In this document: in pieces, positions 1-8,584 of the stretch | Layout: the number at the start of each line of letters is the position of its first letter | Position numbering within the stretch: the stretch's first letter is position 1 | Assembly (NCBI GenBank): GCA_001823545.1 | Contig: MHUV01000002.1 | Location: 1-57,206, forward strand | DNA from: Candidatus Yonathbacteria bacterium RIFCSPLOWO2_01_FULL_43_27 | GTDB lineage: Bacteria > Patescibacteriota > Minisyncoccia > Phycocordibacterales > UBA1550 | DNA length: 57,206 nt | Direction: 5' to 3' | The notes under the pieces: model-generated | Database searches by the model: none | Told to the model about the DNA's origin: nothing | The model's input: the letters and a program-made list of their open reading frames with translations, nothing else | Made by a program: the position numbers and the translations under genes

Positions 1-317
1 CTGCACAAGGTACTGTAGGCCCTCTTACGAAAACCAAACTCAACCAACTCTACGGTTCCACTACCATCTCTACCACTTTCTATCGTAACCTCACCATTGG
101 TTCTAAAGGTGAAGATGTGAAGAAACTCCAACAGTTACTCAACACCGATATTGCTACCCGTATCTCTGCAACCGGTGCTGGTTCTCCAGGGAACGAAACG
201 ACGTACTTTGGTGCTGCTACCAGGGCTGCGGTAATCAAGTACCAAAAGAAGTACAACATCTCTCCTGCTTCTGGGTATGTGGGTCCATTGACGAGAGGGA
301 AGTTGGAAGGGAGGTAG
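1..317 (+). CDS. C-terminal part of a protein ending in a peptidoglycan-binding (PG_binding_1-like) domain; the 5' end lies outside the window
   Basis: The frame is open from position 3 to the stop at 317. The tail [18 protein letters not shown]...[35 protein letters not shown] matches the PG-binding repeat pattern (LQxxL...G.FG..T..AV..FQ....L..DG.VG..T). Confidence 0.55.
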   Translation, partial: AQGTVGPLTKTKLNQLYGSTTISTTFYRNLTIGSKGEDVKKLQQLLNTDIATRISATGAGSPGNETTYFGAATRAAVIKYQKKYNISPASGYVGPLTRGKLEGR

Positions 318-617
318 GGGAGGGAGAAAAGAGAAACGCATGAATTTCCCAGCTTATATGTCTCAATATTGTCATCCTGTAGGACAATGCATGTTGTCTG
401 TGTGTTGACTTTATTCTCCTATATGCTAGGATGCTCGTACTGGTTGAATAGATCAGTGATTCTGTTTCAATCCGTGTTTCTCCTTTTTGGTTCAATGATA
501 TTTGGTCTAAAAAGAATTAACGCGCGATATTAGACGGAACTATTCGTTAGGTGGTGAGCTGGTAAGGCTCGATGTAAGATTTTTTTGAACATTCCTTACC
601 GCAAACACTGTTTACTT

Positions 618-803
618 ATGGCAAAAACATCAACAATTGCACGCTCAGAGCGTAAACCAAAATTTAGTACACGTATCGTACGTCGTTGCTTTAAATGTGG
701 CCGCCGTCACGGCTATATGCGTGATTTCGATCTTTGTCGCATTTGTTTCCGTGAACTTGCTAATGAAGGTAAAGTTCCTGGAATTAAGAAGTCGTCATGG
801 TAA
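618..803 (+). CDS. rpsZ: 30S ribosomal protein S14 type Z (zinc-binding)
   Basis: MAKTSTIARSERKPKFSTRIVRRCFKCGRRHGYMRDFDLCRICFRELANEGKVPGIKKSSW has the CxxC...CxxC arrangement and the length of S14z. The track ORF at 585 is an upstream in-frame extension. Confidence 0.9.
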   Translation: MAKTSTIARSERKPKFSTRIVRRCFKCGRRHGYMRDFDLCRICFRELANEGKVPGIKKSSW

Positions 804-887
804 AGCTTATGAGCGATAAATAGAGAAGAATATAGTTTAAAAATATTTCATCGCGCATTGCTCCTAGAATTACCGTAGTAAAAAAAT

Positions 888-1274
888 ATGGATCATATCT
901 CAAACATGCTTATTGGTATCAAAAATGCAGGAAACGCCGGCAAGAGTTTTTCTTCAGTACCTTTTTCGAAGATGAAGGAGGAAATCGCATCAGTGCTTTT
1001 TAAACAGGGTTACATAGCTTCATATGCAAAGAAGGGAAAAAAGATTGCAAAGACGCTCGAGATTGGCATTGCGTATGATGGCAAGAAGCCACGTGTCGTC
1101 GAGGTTGCTCGTATGTCAAAGCCATCACTTCGTTCATACATAAAGGCGTCAGAGATTAAGCCAGTTAAACATAGTTTTGGTTTGATGGTGCTCTCAACCT
1201 CAAAAGGAATTATGACAGGAGAGGAGGCAAGAAAGGCACAGGTCGGCGGTGAGGCTTTATTTAAAATCTGGTAA
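888..1274 (+). CDS. rpsH: 30S ribosomal protein S8
   Basis: DHISNMLIGIKNA...FGLMVLSTSKGIMTGEEARKAQVGGEALFKIW is the S8 family signature. The gene sits in canonical S14-S8-L6 order. Confidence 0.95.
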   Translation: MDHISNMLIGIKNAGNAGKSFSSVPFSKMKEEIASVLFKQGYIASYAKKGKKIAKTLEIGIAYDGKKPRVVEVARMSKPSLRSYIKASEIKPVKHSFGLMVLSTSKGIMTGEEARKAQVGGEALFKIW

Positions 1275-1278
1275 TATT

Positions 1279-1812
1279 ATGTCACGACTTGGAAAAAAAG
1301 GAGTAAATATCCCGACGGGAGCTAACGTCACACAGGATGGAACAACCGTTACGGTAAAAGGCCCTTTGGGCGAGCTTACGCGAGATTTCCCTGGTTCAGT
1401 AGAGATCAAAATTGATGGTTCTGAGGTATCGTTTGTCCCTAAGAATAATTCAAAAGAATCACGTGCACTCTGGGGTACCTACGCATCACACGTTCTTAAT
1501 ATGGTGAATGGTGTAACCAAAGCATTCGAGAAGAAACTTCTTATTGAAGGTGTTGGATACAAGGTTGAAATGCAGGGTAGTACCTTGGTGTTCAGTTTGG
1601 GTTTTTCACACAAAGTTCCTCTTGAGATTCCTAAGGATGTGAAGGCGGTGGTAGAAAAGAACACCATCACGCTCTCGTCTCCAAACAAGGAGTCTGTAGG
1701 ACATTTTGCTGCAGTAATTCGTTCACACAAAAAGCCAGAACCATACAAAGGTAAAGGTATTCGTTACTCTGACGAAGTCGTTCGTCGCAAGCAGGGTAAG
1801 AAGTCCGCGTAA
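1279..1812 (+). CDS. rplF: 50S ribosomal protein L6
   Basis: MSRLGKKGVNIPTGANVTQDGTTVTVKGPLGEL is a typical L6 N-terminus. The in-frame start is downstream of the track ORF start at 1249. Confidence 0.95.
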   Translation: MSRLGKKGVNIPTGANVTQDGTTVTVKGPLGELTRDFPGSVEIKIDGSEVSFVPKNNSKESRALWGTYASHVLNMVNGVTKAFEKKLLIEGVGYKVEMQGSTLVFSLGFSHKVPLEIPKDVKAVVEKNTITLSSPNKESVGHFAAVIRSHKKPEPYKGKGIRYSDEVVRRKQGKKSA

Positions 1813-1829
1813 TAATACATTTATAAACC

Positions 1830-2180
1830 ATGACTATTAAACTTTCAAAAAACGAACAACGCCTCCGCCGTCATCGCCGTATTCGCGCAAAGGTCTCCGG
1901 TACCGCAGAGCGTCCTCGCCTCGCTATTTTCAAGTCACTCAACTACGTCTACGCGCAGATTATTGATGATACGAAGGGCGCAACACTTGTCGCAAGTTCT
2001 GATATGAGCGTAAAGGGTAAGACCAAGACCGAGCGCGCACGCCTCGCTGGTGAAGCACTTGCAAAAAGTGCAAAGGCAAAAGGAATCGCGAGTGTTGTCT
2101 TTGATCGTGGCGGATTTATTTACACAGGACGCGTTCGCTCCTTTGCTGAAGGCGCACGTGAAGGCGGTCTCGAGTTCTAA
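1830..2180 (+). CDS. rplR: 50S ribosomal protein L18
   Basis: RRHRRIRAKVSGTAERPRLAIFKSLNYVYAQIIDD...FDRGGFIYTGRVRSFAEGAREGGLEF matches L18. Confidence 0.9.
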   Translation: MTIKLSKNEQRLRRHRRIRAKVSGTAERPRLAIFKSLNYVYAQIIDDTKGATLVASSDMSVKGKTKTERARLAGEALAKSAKAKGIASVVFDRGGFIYTGRVRSFAEGAREGGLEF

Positions 2181-2196
2181 CTTTATATAATTTTTT

Positions 2197-2865
2197 ATGA
2201 CAGAAACTACGACACAACAGAATACACCAAACCAAACAGCTGCTCCTTCACCTGTGCGTGGAACATCGAGTCCTCGTTCTTTTGGTGGCCCTCGTGGTGG
2301 TGCACCTCGTGGAGGCGCACGTTCTGGCGGACCTGCAGGACGCGGAGGTGGCGCACGCGGTGGCGCTCCTCGCAAAGGTGGCCCACGTGGTGGCGGTTCT
2401 TTCGAACGTGTTCGTCCCGAGTACGATAGTAAACTCATTCAGATCCGTCGCGTAACACGTGTGGTCTCTGGTGGTCGTCGTTTCTCATTTTCTGTAGCGC
2501 TCGTTGCAGGGAATCGCAAGGGTTCTGTTGGTGTTGGTATCGGCAAGGCTGCAGATACTTCACTCGCTGTTGAAAAGGCAACAAAAAATGCAAAGAAAAA
2601 TATGATTAAGGTGCGCCTTACGAACGAGATGTCCATCCCTCACCGTGTTGAGGCAAAAGAAGCAAGTGCATGCGTAATGATTATGCCAGCACCAGGCCGT
2701 GGGATGGTGGCAGGAAGCTCGGTACGTAATGTCCTCGAACTCGCGGGTATTAAAAATGTAAGCGCAAAGATTCTTTCTGGTTCAAAAAATAAATTGAATA
2801 ATGCTCGCGCAGCGGTTAAGGCACTTGATCAGATTCAGACAAAGAAACCAGCTAAGACTGCATAA
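2197..2865 (+). CDS. rpsE: 30S ribosomal protein S5 with a roughly 70-aa N-terminal Arg/Gly/Pro-rich extension
   Basis: The core RFSFSVALVAGNRKGSVGVGIGKAADTSLAVEKATKNAKKNMIKV...GIKNVSAKILSGSKNKLNNARA is S5. The N-terminus (GGPRGGAPRGGARSGGPAGRGGGARGG) is an RGG-like low-complexity tail. Confidence 0.9.
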   Translation: MTETTTQQNTPNQTAAPSPVRGTSSPRSFGGPRGGAPRGGARSGGPAGRGGGARGGAPRKGGPRGGGSFERVRPEYDSKLIQIRRVTRVVSGGRRFSFSVALVAGNRKGSVGVGIGKAADTSLAVEKATKNAKKNMIKVRLTNEMSIPHRVEAKEASACVMIMPAPGRGMVAGSSVRNVLELAGIKNVSAKILSGSKNKLNNARAAVKALDQIQTKKPAKTA

Positions 2866-2882
2866 TATTCTTAGAGATTTTA

Positions 2883-3353
2883 TTGACGCTCAACTTATAC
2901 ACTACTATGCAAATTCATGAAGTAACATCAAAGACACAGTTTAAGACCAAGAAGGTTGTTGGTCGTGGCGGAAAACGCGGTAAAACTGCTGGTCGTGGAA
3001 CCAAAGGACAGAAGGCACGCGCAGGTCATCGCATCCGTCCTGCTATTCGTGACATCATTAAAAAGCTTCCTAAGCGCCGTGGTGAAGGTGTATCGGTTAA
3101 TCGTTTCAGTACACCGTACGCTCATACAGCAACAATCTACCTTGATGTACTCAGTGCTTCATTTGGTGCAGGTGAACGCGTAACTCCTAAGGCGCTTCTC
3201 GAAAAAGAACTTATTAAGAAGAGTGGTAATAAAATTCCTGCAGTAAAAATCCTCGTACGTGGTACGATTGATAAGAAGCTCATCGTGCGCGGATGTGCAG
3301 TTTCAGAAGGGGCAAAGACAGCAATCGAAAAGTTGGGTGGTACTGTTAAGTAG
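2883..3353 (+). CDS. rplO: 50S ribosomal protein L15. L30 is not encoded between S5 and L15.
   Basis: GRGGKRGKTAGRGTKGQKARAGHRIRPA is the L15 glycine-rich motif. The start may be the internal Met at 2907. Confidence 0.9.
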   Translation: MTLNLYTTMQIHEVTSKTQFKTKKVVGRGGKRGKTAGRGTKGQKARAGHRIRPAIRDIIKKLPKRRGEGVSVNRFSTPYAHTATIYLDVLSASFGAGERVTPKALLEKELIKKSGNKIPAVKILVRGTIDKKLIVRGCAVSEGAKTAIEKLGGTVK

Positions 3354-3359
3354 TCAATT

Positions 3360-4631
3360 ATGACAACTATCGTTCAAAAATTAAAACTTATTATCGGAGA
3401 CGCAACGCTCAGAAACCGAGTACTTTTTGTTCTTGGTGCGCTTGTTATTTTCCGCTTTTTTGCGAACATCCCAATTCCAGCTGCGCTCGGACAAAATCTC
3501 ACTGCACTCATTTCTCAGAATCAGGCACTTGGCTTCCTTAATCTTTTGACAGGAGGTGGCCTTTCTGCTGTTTCTCTCGTAATGCTTGGTGTTGGCCCCT
3601 ACATTACCGCATCGATTATTATGCAACTTCTTACGATGATGTCGCCAAAATTTAAGGCGATGCACAGTGAGGAAGGGGAATTGGGTCGTCGTAAGTTTAC
3701 TCAATATTCACGTTTACTTTCCGTTCCGCTTGCTATTACCCAAGGGTATGGACTTCTTGCGTACTTGAGCAGTCAGGGTATCCTTCCTGCACTCACACCA
3801 CTTGATTACTTAATCAATGTCTCGATCGTTGTAGGAGGTTCACTTTTCCTTATGTGGATAGGCGAGCTTATATCAGAGTTCGGTATTGGAAACGGTGTTT
3901 CACTGATTATCTTTGCAGGTATCATTGCACAACTCCCTACCACATTAGGACAACTTGTTTTTACGTTTGATGTGTCACAGATTCCTTTATACTTCGGCGC
4001 TCTTGTCGCTATTCTTTTAATTGTGCTCGCGGTGGTGTATATAACCGAAGCAGAGCGTCCGGTTCCTGTTACCTATGCAAAACAGTCGCGTGGGGGAAGA
4101 ACCACTGCTGGTGGAACAACATATCTTCCACTTCGTGTTAATCAGGCAGGCGTTATCCCTATCATCTTTGCGCTTTCAATACTCATTTTCCCTAACGTTA
4201 TTGCAAATGCGCTTGCTTCACTCGGAAATGAATCAGTGCAAGTTATTGCAACGTTTATTAAAGATGCACTCGCAAATATTTGGGTAAATGGCATTTTGTA
4301 CTTTGTCCTTGTTTTCATCTTTACGTATTTCTATACCGCTATCACCTTTGACCCTGACGCAATCGCTACCAACCTTCAAAAGAATGGCGCGTTTGTACCG
4401 GGTATTCGTCCTGGAACACATACTTCAGAATACCTTGCAAGGATTTTGACACGCCTCACACTCGTAGGTGCTGTATTCCTTGGTATCATTGCGGTGTTGC
4501 CACTCATTATGCAGGAGGTTACTAACGTGCAATCGCTTGCAGTTGGTGGTACAGGACTTCTCATCGTGGTGTCGGTAATCCTCGAACTCGTAAAGAAAGT
4601 GGATGCTCAGGTTTCAATGAGAGAATACTAA
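3360..4631 (+). CDS. secY: Preprotein translocase subunit SecY
   Basis: A 423-aa polytopic membrane protein with SecY motifs (LGQNLTALISQNQALGFLNLLTGGGLS...GVGPYITASIIMQLL), sited after L15. Confidence 0.95.
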   Translation: MTTIVQKLKLIIGDATLRNRVLFVLGALVIFRFFANIPIPAALGQNLTALISQNQALGFLNLLTGGGLSAVSLVMLGVGPYITASIIMQLLTMMSPKFKAMHSEEGELGRRKFTQYSRLLSVPLAITQGYGLLAYLSSQGILPALTPLDYLINVSIVVGGSLFLMWIGELISEFGIGNGVSLIIFAGIIAQLPTTLGQLVFTFDVSQIPLYFGALVAILLIVLAVVYITEAERPVPVTYAKQSRGGRTTAGGTTYLPLRVNQAGVIPIIFALSILIFPNVIANALASLGNESVQVIATFIKDALANIWVNGILYFVLVFIFTYFYTAITFDPDAIATNLQKNGAFVPGIRPGTHTSEYLARILTRLTLVGAVFLGIIAVLPLIMQEVTNVQSLAVGGTGLLIVVSVILELVKKVDAQVSMREY

Positions 4632-4648
4632 TTTAATATATTGTTTAC

Positions 4649-4690
4649 GGGGACGAAAAAAGGGAGCTATGGCTCCCTTTTTTCGTCCTC
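4649..4690. terminator. Rho-independent, probably bidirectional, terminator after secY
   Basis: GGGGACGAAAAAAGGGAGC-tat-GCTCCCTTTTTTCGTCCTC is an approximately 18-bp stem with one mismatch. An A-run and a T-run are built into the stem. Confidence 0.7.
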
Positions 4691-4926
4691 TCGGTTAATC
4701 TTCAAGGTAAAATGGGGATAGATACCATTATCATAACTTTTCTGGGTTTCAATATTACCTCATCTAATCATTTTTTGACGTCTCGGAGATTTCAGTGTTG
4801 ATTCAAGATGATTCCTTGATACTCATCTTTTCAACCCATGAGTTGCTGTCATGGGGGACATCCTTGTTTATTAAAACAAAGATCGCGTTGAGATCATCAG
4901 GTTTTTCACAATAATAACCCATTTTA

Positions 4927-4980
4927 TATATAACCCTAACGTATAAAATGCTATAGCATTTTATACGTTAGGGTTATATA
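4927..4980. repeat. 54-bp perfect palindrome in the secY-adk spacer
   Basis: TATATAACCCTAACGTATAAAATGC TATA GCATTTTATACGTTAGGGTTATATA was checked base by base and equals its own reverse complement. Confidence 0.9.
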
Positions 4981-5043
4981 GTTGAAGAATATGTGTGCGG
5001 GGACCACTTGCTCTAAAGGTTAAAAGCTAGTAAGCTGAGCATT

Positions 5044-5643
5044 ATGGACTTACAAACAATCATCTTTATTGGACGCTCTGGTGCGGGCAAAGGGGTTCAG
5101 TCGGCGCTCCTTCAAAAATTTCTCAATGAAAAAACTCCCGACGTTCCCATAATCTATTTTGAGACTGGTCAATATTTTAGAAAGTATATGCAGAGTGGTG
5201 GATACACATGGGATCGCGCGCGGGGTACTATTGTGAAAGGAGAGCGTCAACCTGATTTTCTCGCGGTGTGGATATGGGTAAATAATTTTATAGAAAAAGT
5301 TAAAGGGGGAGAACACCTGATTTTTGATGGTACACCTCGTTCGCTCTGGGAGGCAAAAATGCTTCATACGGCACTTCCTTTTTACGAGAGGATGCGTCCT
5401 ATGGTGATTCACCTAGAAATTTCGCGTGAAGAAGCTGAGAAACGTTTGCGAAATCGAGGGAGAGCTGATGATGTTGACGCTGATGCAATAGAGCGACGAT
5501 TTGCGTGGTATGAGCGTGATGTAGTCCCCGCAGTTGATTTTTACCGCGAGGACACAGCGTACCGTTTTCTTGAAATTAATGGTGAACAATCACCCGAAGA
5601 TGTTCATCAGGAAATCGTAGCGCGTTTGATGAGCGAGAAATAG
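5044..5643 (+). CDS. adk: Adenylate kinase (short type, no LID insertion)
   Basis: P-loop GRSGAGKG. ETGQYFRKYMQSG aligns with the STGDMLR NMP-binding motif. DGTPRS corresponds to DGFPRT. The gene sits after secY, as in the canonical operon. Confidence 0.8.
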   Translation: MDLQTIIFIGRSGAGKGVQSALLQKFLNEKTPDVPIIYFETGQYFRKYMQSGGYTWDRARGTIVKGERQPDFLAVWIWVNNFIEKVKGGEHLIFDGTPRSLWEAKMLHTALPFYERMRPMVIHLEISREEAEKRLRNRGRADDVDADAIERRFAWYERDVVPAVDFYREDTAYRFLEINGEQSPEDVHQEIVARLMSEK

Positions 5644-5656
5644 GGAACAGGGTGAT

Positions 5657-6466
5657 GTGTTTATGTTTGTGTCGGACTTTTCTATATTTATGAAACACGG
5701 AATGATAAAAACTCCAGAAGAGATTGCGATTTTGCGTGAGGGAGGTAAACACCTCGCGCGTATTTTGTATGCCGTAAAAGACAAGGTCGTGCCGGGTGTT
5801 TCTACGGGTTCGCTCGATGCTCTTGCAGAAAAACTTATTGAAGAATGTGGTGGTGTTCCCGCGTTTAAAAACTATACGCCTGAGGGTGCGCGCCATGCAT
5901 ACCCTGGGACGCTCTGTGTGTCGGTGAATGATGAGGTGGTGCATGGTATTGCTGGCGAGAAGGTTCTTAATGAGGGTGATATTATCGGTATCGATCTTGG
6001 TATGAGCTACAAAGGACTTTATGTGGATATGGCGATTACGGTTCCTGTGGGAAATGTTGATGCGCCAGCAAAAAAGCTTATGCAAGTTACCGAGAGCGCC
6101 CTCATGGTGGGTATTAATGAGGCACGTGAAGGGAAAACAGTTGGCGATATCGGATATGCTATTGAAGCGCACGTGAAGAAAAATAATTTTGTCGTCGTAG
6201 AGGAGCTTGGGGGACATGGGGTAGGGTATTCTCCACACGAAGATCCACATATTGCGAACTATGGCGAACGGGGGGAAGGGGTGAAGCTTCGTGCAGGGAT
6301 GGTGCTCGCCCTTGAGCCTATCGTGAATGAAGGAACGCGGTTTGTAAAAATTCTTTCTGATGGGTACACGTTTGTGACGCGCGACCACAAACGTTCCGCA
6401 CATTTTGAGCATACGATTCTTGTGACCGACGGAAATCCTGAAATTCTTACCAACGTTTCTTTTTAA
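5657..6466 (+). CDS. map: Type I methionine aminopeptidase
   Basis: ...GHGVGYSPHEDPHIANYG...MVLALEPIVNEGT... is the MetAP metal-ligand pattern. The true start is possibly at 5690 or 5702. Confidence 0.9.
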   Translation: MFMFVSDFSIFMKHGMIKTPEEIAILREGGKHLARILYAVKDKVVPGVSTGSLDALAEKLIEECGGVPAFKNYTPEGARHAYPGTLCVSVNDEVVHGIAGEKVLNEGDIIGIDLGMSYKGLYVDMAITVPVGNVDAPAKKLMQVTESALMVGINEAREGKTVGDIGYAIEAHVKKNNFVVVEELGGHGVGYSPHEDPHIANYGERGEGVKLRAGMVLALEPIVNEGTRFVKILSDGYTFVTRDHKRSAHFEHTILVTDGNPEILTNVSF

Positions 6467-6488
6467 TATTGTAATAATAAATTTATTT

Positions 6489-7760
6489 ATGAAATTTCAG
6501 AAAAAAGTGTTACCCAATGGGCTCAAGATGATTGTTGCTCCTATGGCAGACAACCCGACCGTAACGGTACTCGTGTTGGTGTCTGCTGGTTCGGACTATG
6601 AAGTAAAAGAAAAGAACGGCATTTCACATTTTCTTGAGCATATGTGTTTTAAAGGTACTACTACGCGCCCTAATACGAGCGATCTGTCGATAGAACTCGA
6701 TGCGCTTGGGTGTCAATATAATGCGTTTACCGGCAATGAATATACGGGATACTATGCGAAAGGGAAGAGTACCGACTTTGAGCATCTTCTTGATATTGTT
6801 TCCGATCTCTATCTCAACCCATTGTTAAAAAAAGAAGAAATTGAAAAAGAAAAAGGGGTAATTGTAGACGAAATCAATATGTATGAAGACCTTCCGATGC
6901 GCAAAGTACACGATGTATGGGCAGAGCTTCTTTATGGTAATACACCTGCGGGACGTTCTATTGCGGGAACTCGTGAGATCGTACGTGGGCTTAGTCGTGA
7001 GGATATCCTTAAGTATCGTACCGCGCACTATGTCGCACGCGCAACGACGGTGATTGTAGCGGGGAATGTAACGCCGAAAAACGCATTCAAGAGTATTACA
7101 AAGCAATTCAAGGGGATTCACGCAGGAAAGAAAAGTAGTAAAGAAAAAACAAAAGAGGTGCAGAGTTCACCAAATGTCGCAACACTCTATAAAGAAACCG
7201 ACCAAACTCACCTCGTTCTTGGGGTACGTTCGTTCTCGGTAAAAGATAAGAGAAATTTTGTGATGGCGGTACTTTCGGGTGTTTTGGGAAGTGGTATGTC
7301 GTCGCGTCTTTTTAGGAAACTCCGTGACGAGATGGGGGTAGGGTATTATGTGCGTGCCGAAAATTCATTGTTTACGGATCACGGACACCTTTCTGTTTCA
7401 GCAGGCGTTGCGAATGACCGCACGGAAGAAGTGGTACGCGCTATTCTCGCAGAGTTTGCGCTTTTAAAGAGTACACTCGTCGATGAATCCGAGCTCAATA
7501 AAGTAAAAGAACATCTCGTTGGACTGATGTATCTCGGGCTTGAGTCTTCTGATAGTATTGCAGAGTTCTGTGGCATCCAGGAGCTCCTTCTTGGGGAGAT
7601 TAAAACACCAAAAGAAAAAGAGCGCCTTATACGCGCGGTGACCGCCGTGGATGTAAGAACGATGGCGCGTAAAATTTTCACCGACAAGAACCTCAACCTT
7701 GCGCTTATCGGACCATTTAAAGACACTACTCAGTTTAAGAAAATGTTAACGTTGGCATAG
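6489..7760 (+). CDS. M16 family (insulinase/pitrilysin-like) zinc peptidase
   Basis: HFLEHMCFKGT is the inverted zincin motif HxxEH. There is a downstream E in NAFTGNEYTGYY. Confidence 0.85.
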   Translation: MKFQKKVLPNGLKMIVAPMADNPTVTVLVLVSAGSDYEVKEKNGISHFLEHMCFKGTTTRPNTSDLSIELDALGCQYNAFTGNEYTGYYAKGKSTDFEHLLDIVSDLYLNPLLKKEEIEKEKGVIVDEINMYEDLPMRKVHDVWAELLYGNTPAGRSIAGTREIVRGLSREDILKYRTAHYVARATTVIVAGNVTPKNAFKSITKQFKGIHAGKKSSKEKTKEVQSSPNVATLYKETDQTHLVLGVRSFSVKDKRNFVMAVLSGVLGSGMSSRLFRKLRDEMGVGYYVRAENSLFTDHGHLSVSAGVANDRTEEVVRAILAEFALLKSTLVDESELNKVKEHLVGLMYLGLESSDSIAEFCGIQELLLGEIKTPKEKERLIRAVTAVDVRTMARKIFTDKNLNLALIGPFKDTTQFKKMLTLA

Positions 7761-7772
7761 TATATTGAAATA

Positions 7773-7805
7773 AAAAAGCCCCGCGCAATCTCTGCGCGGG
7801 GCTTG
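7773..7805. terminator. Hairpin terminator between convergent genes
   Basis: AAAAAAGCCCCGCGCA-atctc-TGCGCGGGGCTTGTGTG. An A-run precedes the stem, so a T-run results on the minus strand. Confidence 0.7.
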
Positions 7806-7823
7806 TGTGACATTGCACATCAT

Positions 7824-8579
7824 TTACGTTGCCTCGAGGTAGGTAATTTCTACGGTGACAGGAACTCCTTCTAATTTATCTTCCGACGAAAAACCAACCC
7901 TCCTTACCCTTAAGAGCCCACGTACAGGACTTTCGCAGGGAAACACTTCTCCATCAGGACGAGCTTCGTGCACAATGACAGCGAGGCACCGTCCATTATA
8001 CCTGCTTGGAAAATCCCATCTGATATTGATGAGCTTTTCTGTTGGGGGAAGCGAAACTTCCTTGAAGGCGCCATACTCTGCGAGAATGGTCTCCTTCCTT
8101 GTTTTTTGTACCTCGACAGGTGCGTTCTGTGGAGCACGAGGCGCTGATACTTTCTTTGCAGGTTTGTTTTTGTCACCGCCTCCCTTAAACAAGTCTTTTG
8201 TCGCCGGTGTCGCCGCCAGAAGCGAAAAAATGATCATTGCGCTGATCGTGAAGATAAGCACCCTATCGATCTTTTTTCGCCATTTAGCGTCAACGAAGAG
8301 GATTACCCCGATGACAGCAAGAAGGGAGGGGAGGAATATTTTTGAATTCCACCACCACCTAAGTGCGTCCATCCAGTCCTCTCTTTTGCCGATGGCGTAG
8401 GAGAGGGTGAGGAGAAAGAGAATGAAGAGGAAGGTTGTATTCACCTGCCCGCTTCTCTTAAGAGATGAAAGAAGTTTTGGTCCCACTCCTCCAAACCCTG
8501 GTGTTGGTATTTTCCCCCCGTGCTTGATATAGAGAACGATCCCCAGCACAATAAGGAAAACGATAATTTGTATCAACAT
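7824..8579 (-). CDS. Membrane protein downstream of the SPFH protein; possibly an NfeD-like partner (speculative)
   Basis: Several N-terminal hydrophobic helices. A lysine-rich linker. A C-terminal beta-rich soluble domain. It is co-directional with, and 5 bp downstream of, the band-7 gene. Confidence 0.4.
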   Translation of the reverse strand: MLIQIIVFLIVLGIVLYIKHGGKIPTPGFGGVGPKLLSSLKRSGQVNTTFLFILFLLTLSYAIGKREDWMDALRWWWNSKIFLPSLLAVIGVILFVDAKWRKKIDRVLIFTISAMIIFSLLAATPATKDLFKGGGDKNKPAKKVSAPRAPQNAPVEVQKTRKETILAEYGAFKEVSLPPTEKLINIRWDFPSRYNGRCLAVIVHEARPDGEVFPCESPVRGLLRVRRVGFSSEDKLEGVPVTVEITYLEAT

Positions 8580-8584
8580 TTTCG

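Noticed and set aside
318-617. Possible promoter TTGACT...TAGGAT upstream of rpsZ
   Set aside because: The -10 element is poor at every plausible spacing. It is not reported as a feature.
1935-2438. 167-aa minus-strand ORF rich in Pro/Arg/Gly
   Set aside because: It is the antisense of the GC-rich RGG-repeat region of rpsE, which makes it a low-complexity artefact. It overlaps two well-supported ribosomal genes.
5576-6412. 278-aa minus-strand ORF
   Set aside because: It is entirely antisense to the well-supported methionine aminopeptidase gene. Its composition is His/Arg/Phe-rich and not protein-like.
7855-8400. 181-aa plus-strand ORF
   Set aside because: It is antisense to the membrane-protein gene at 7824-8579 and has Ser/Leu-rich low-complexity composition.
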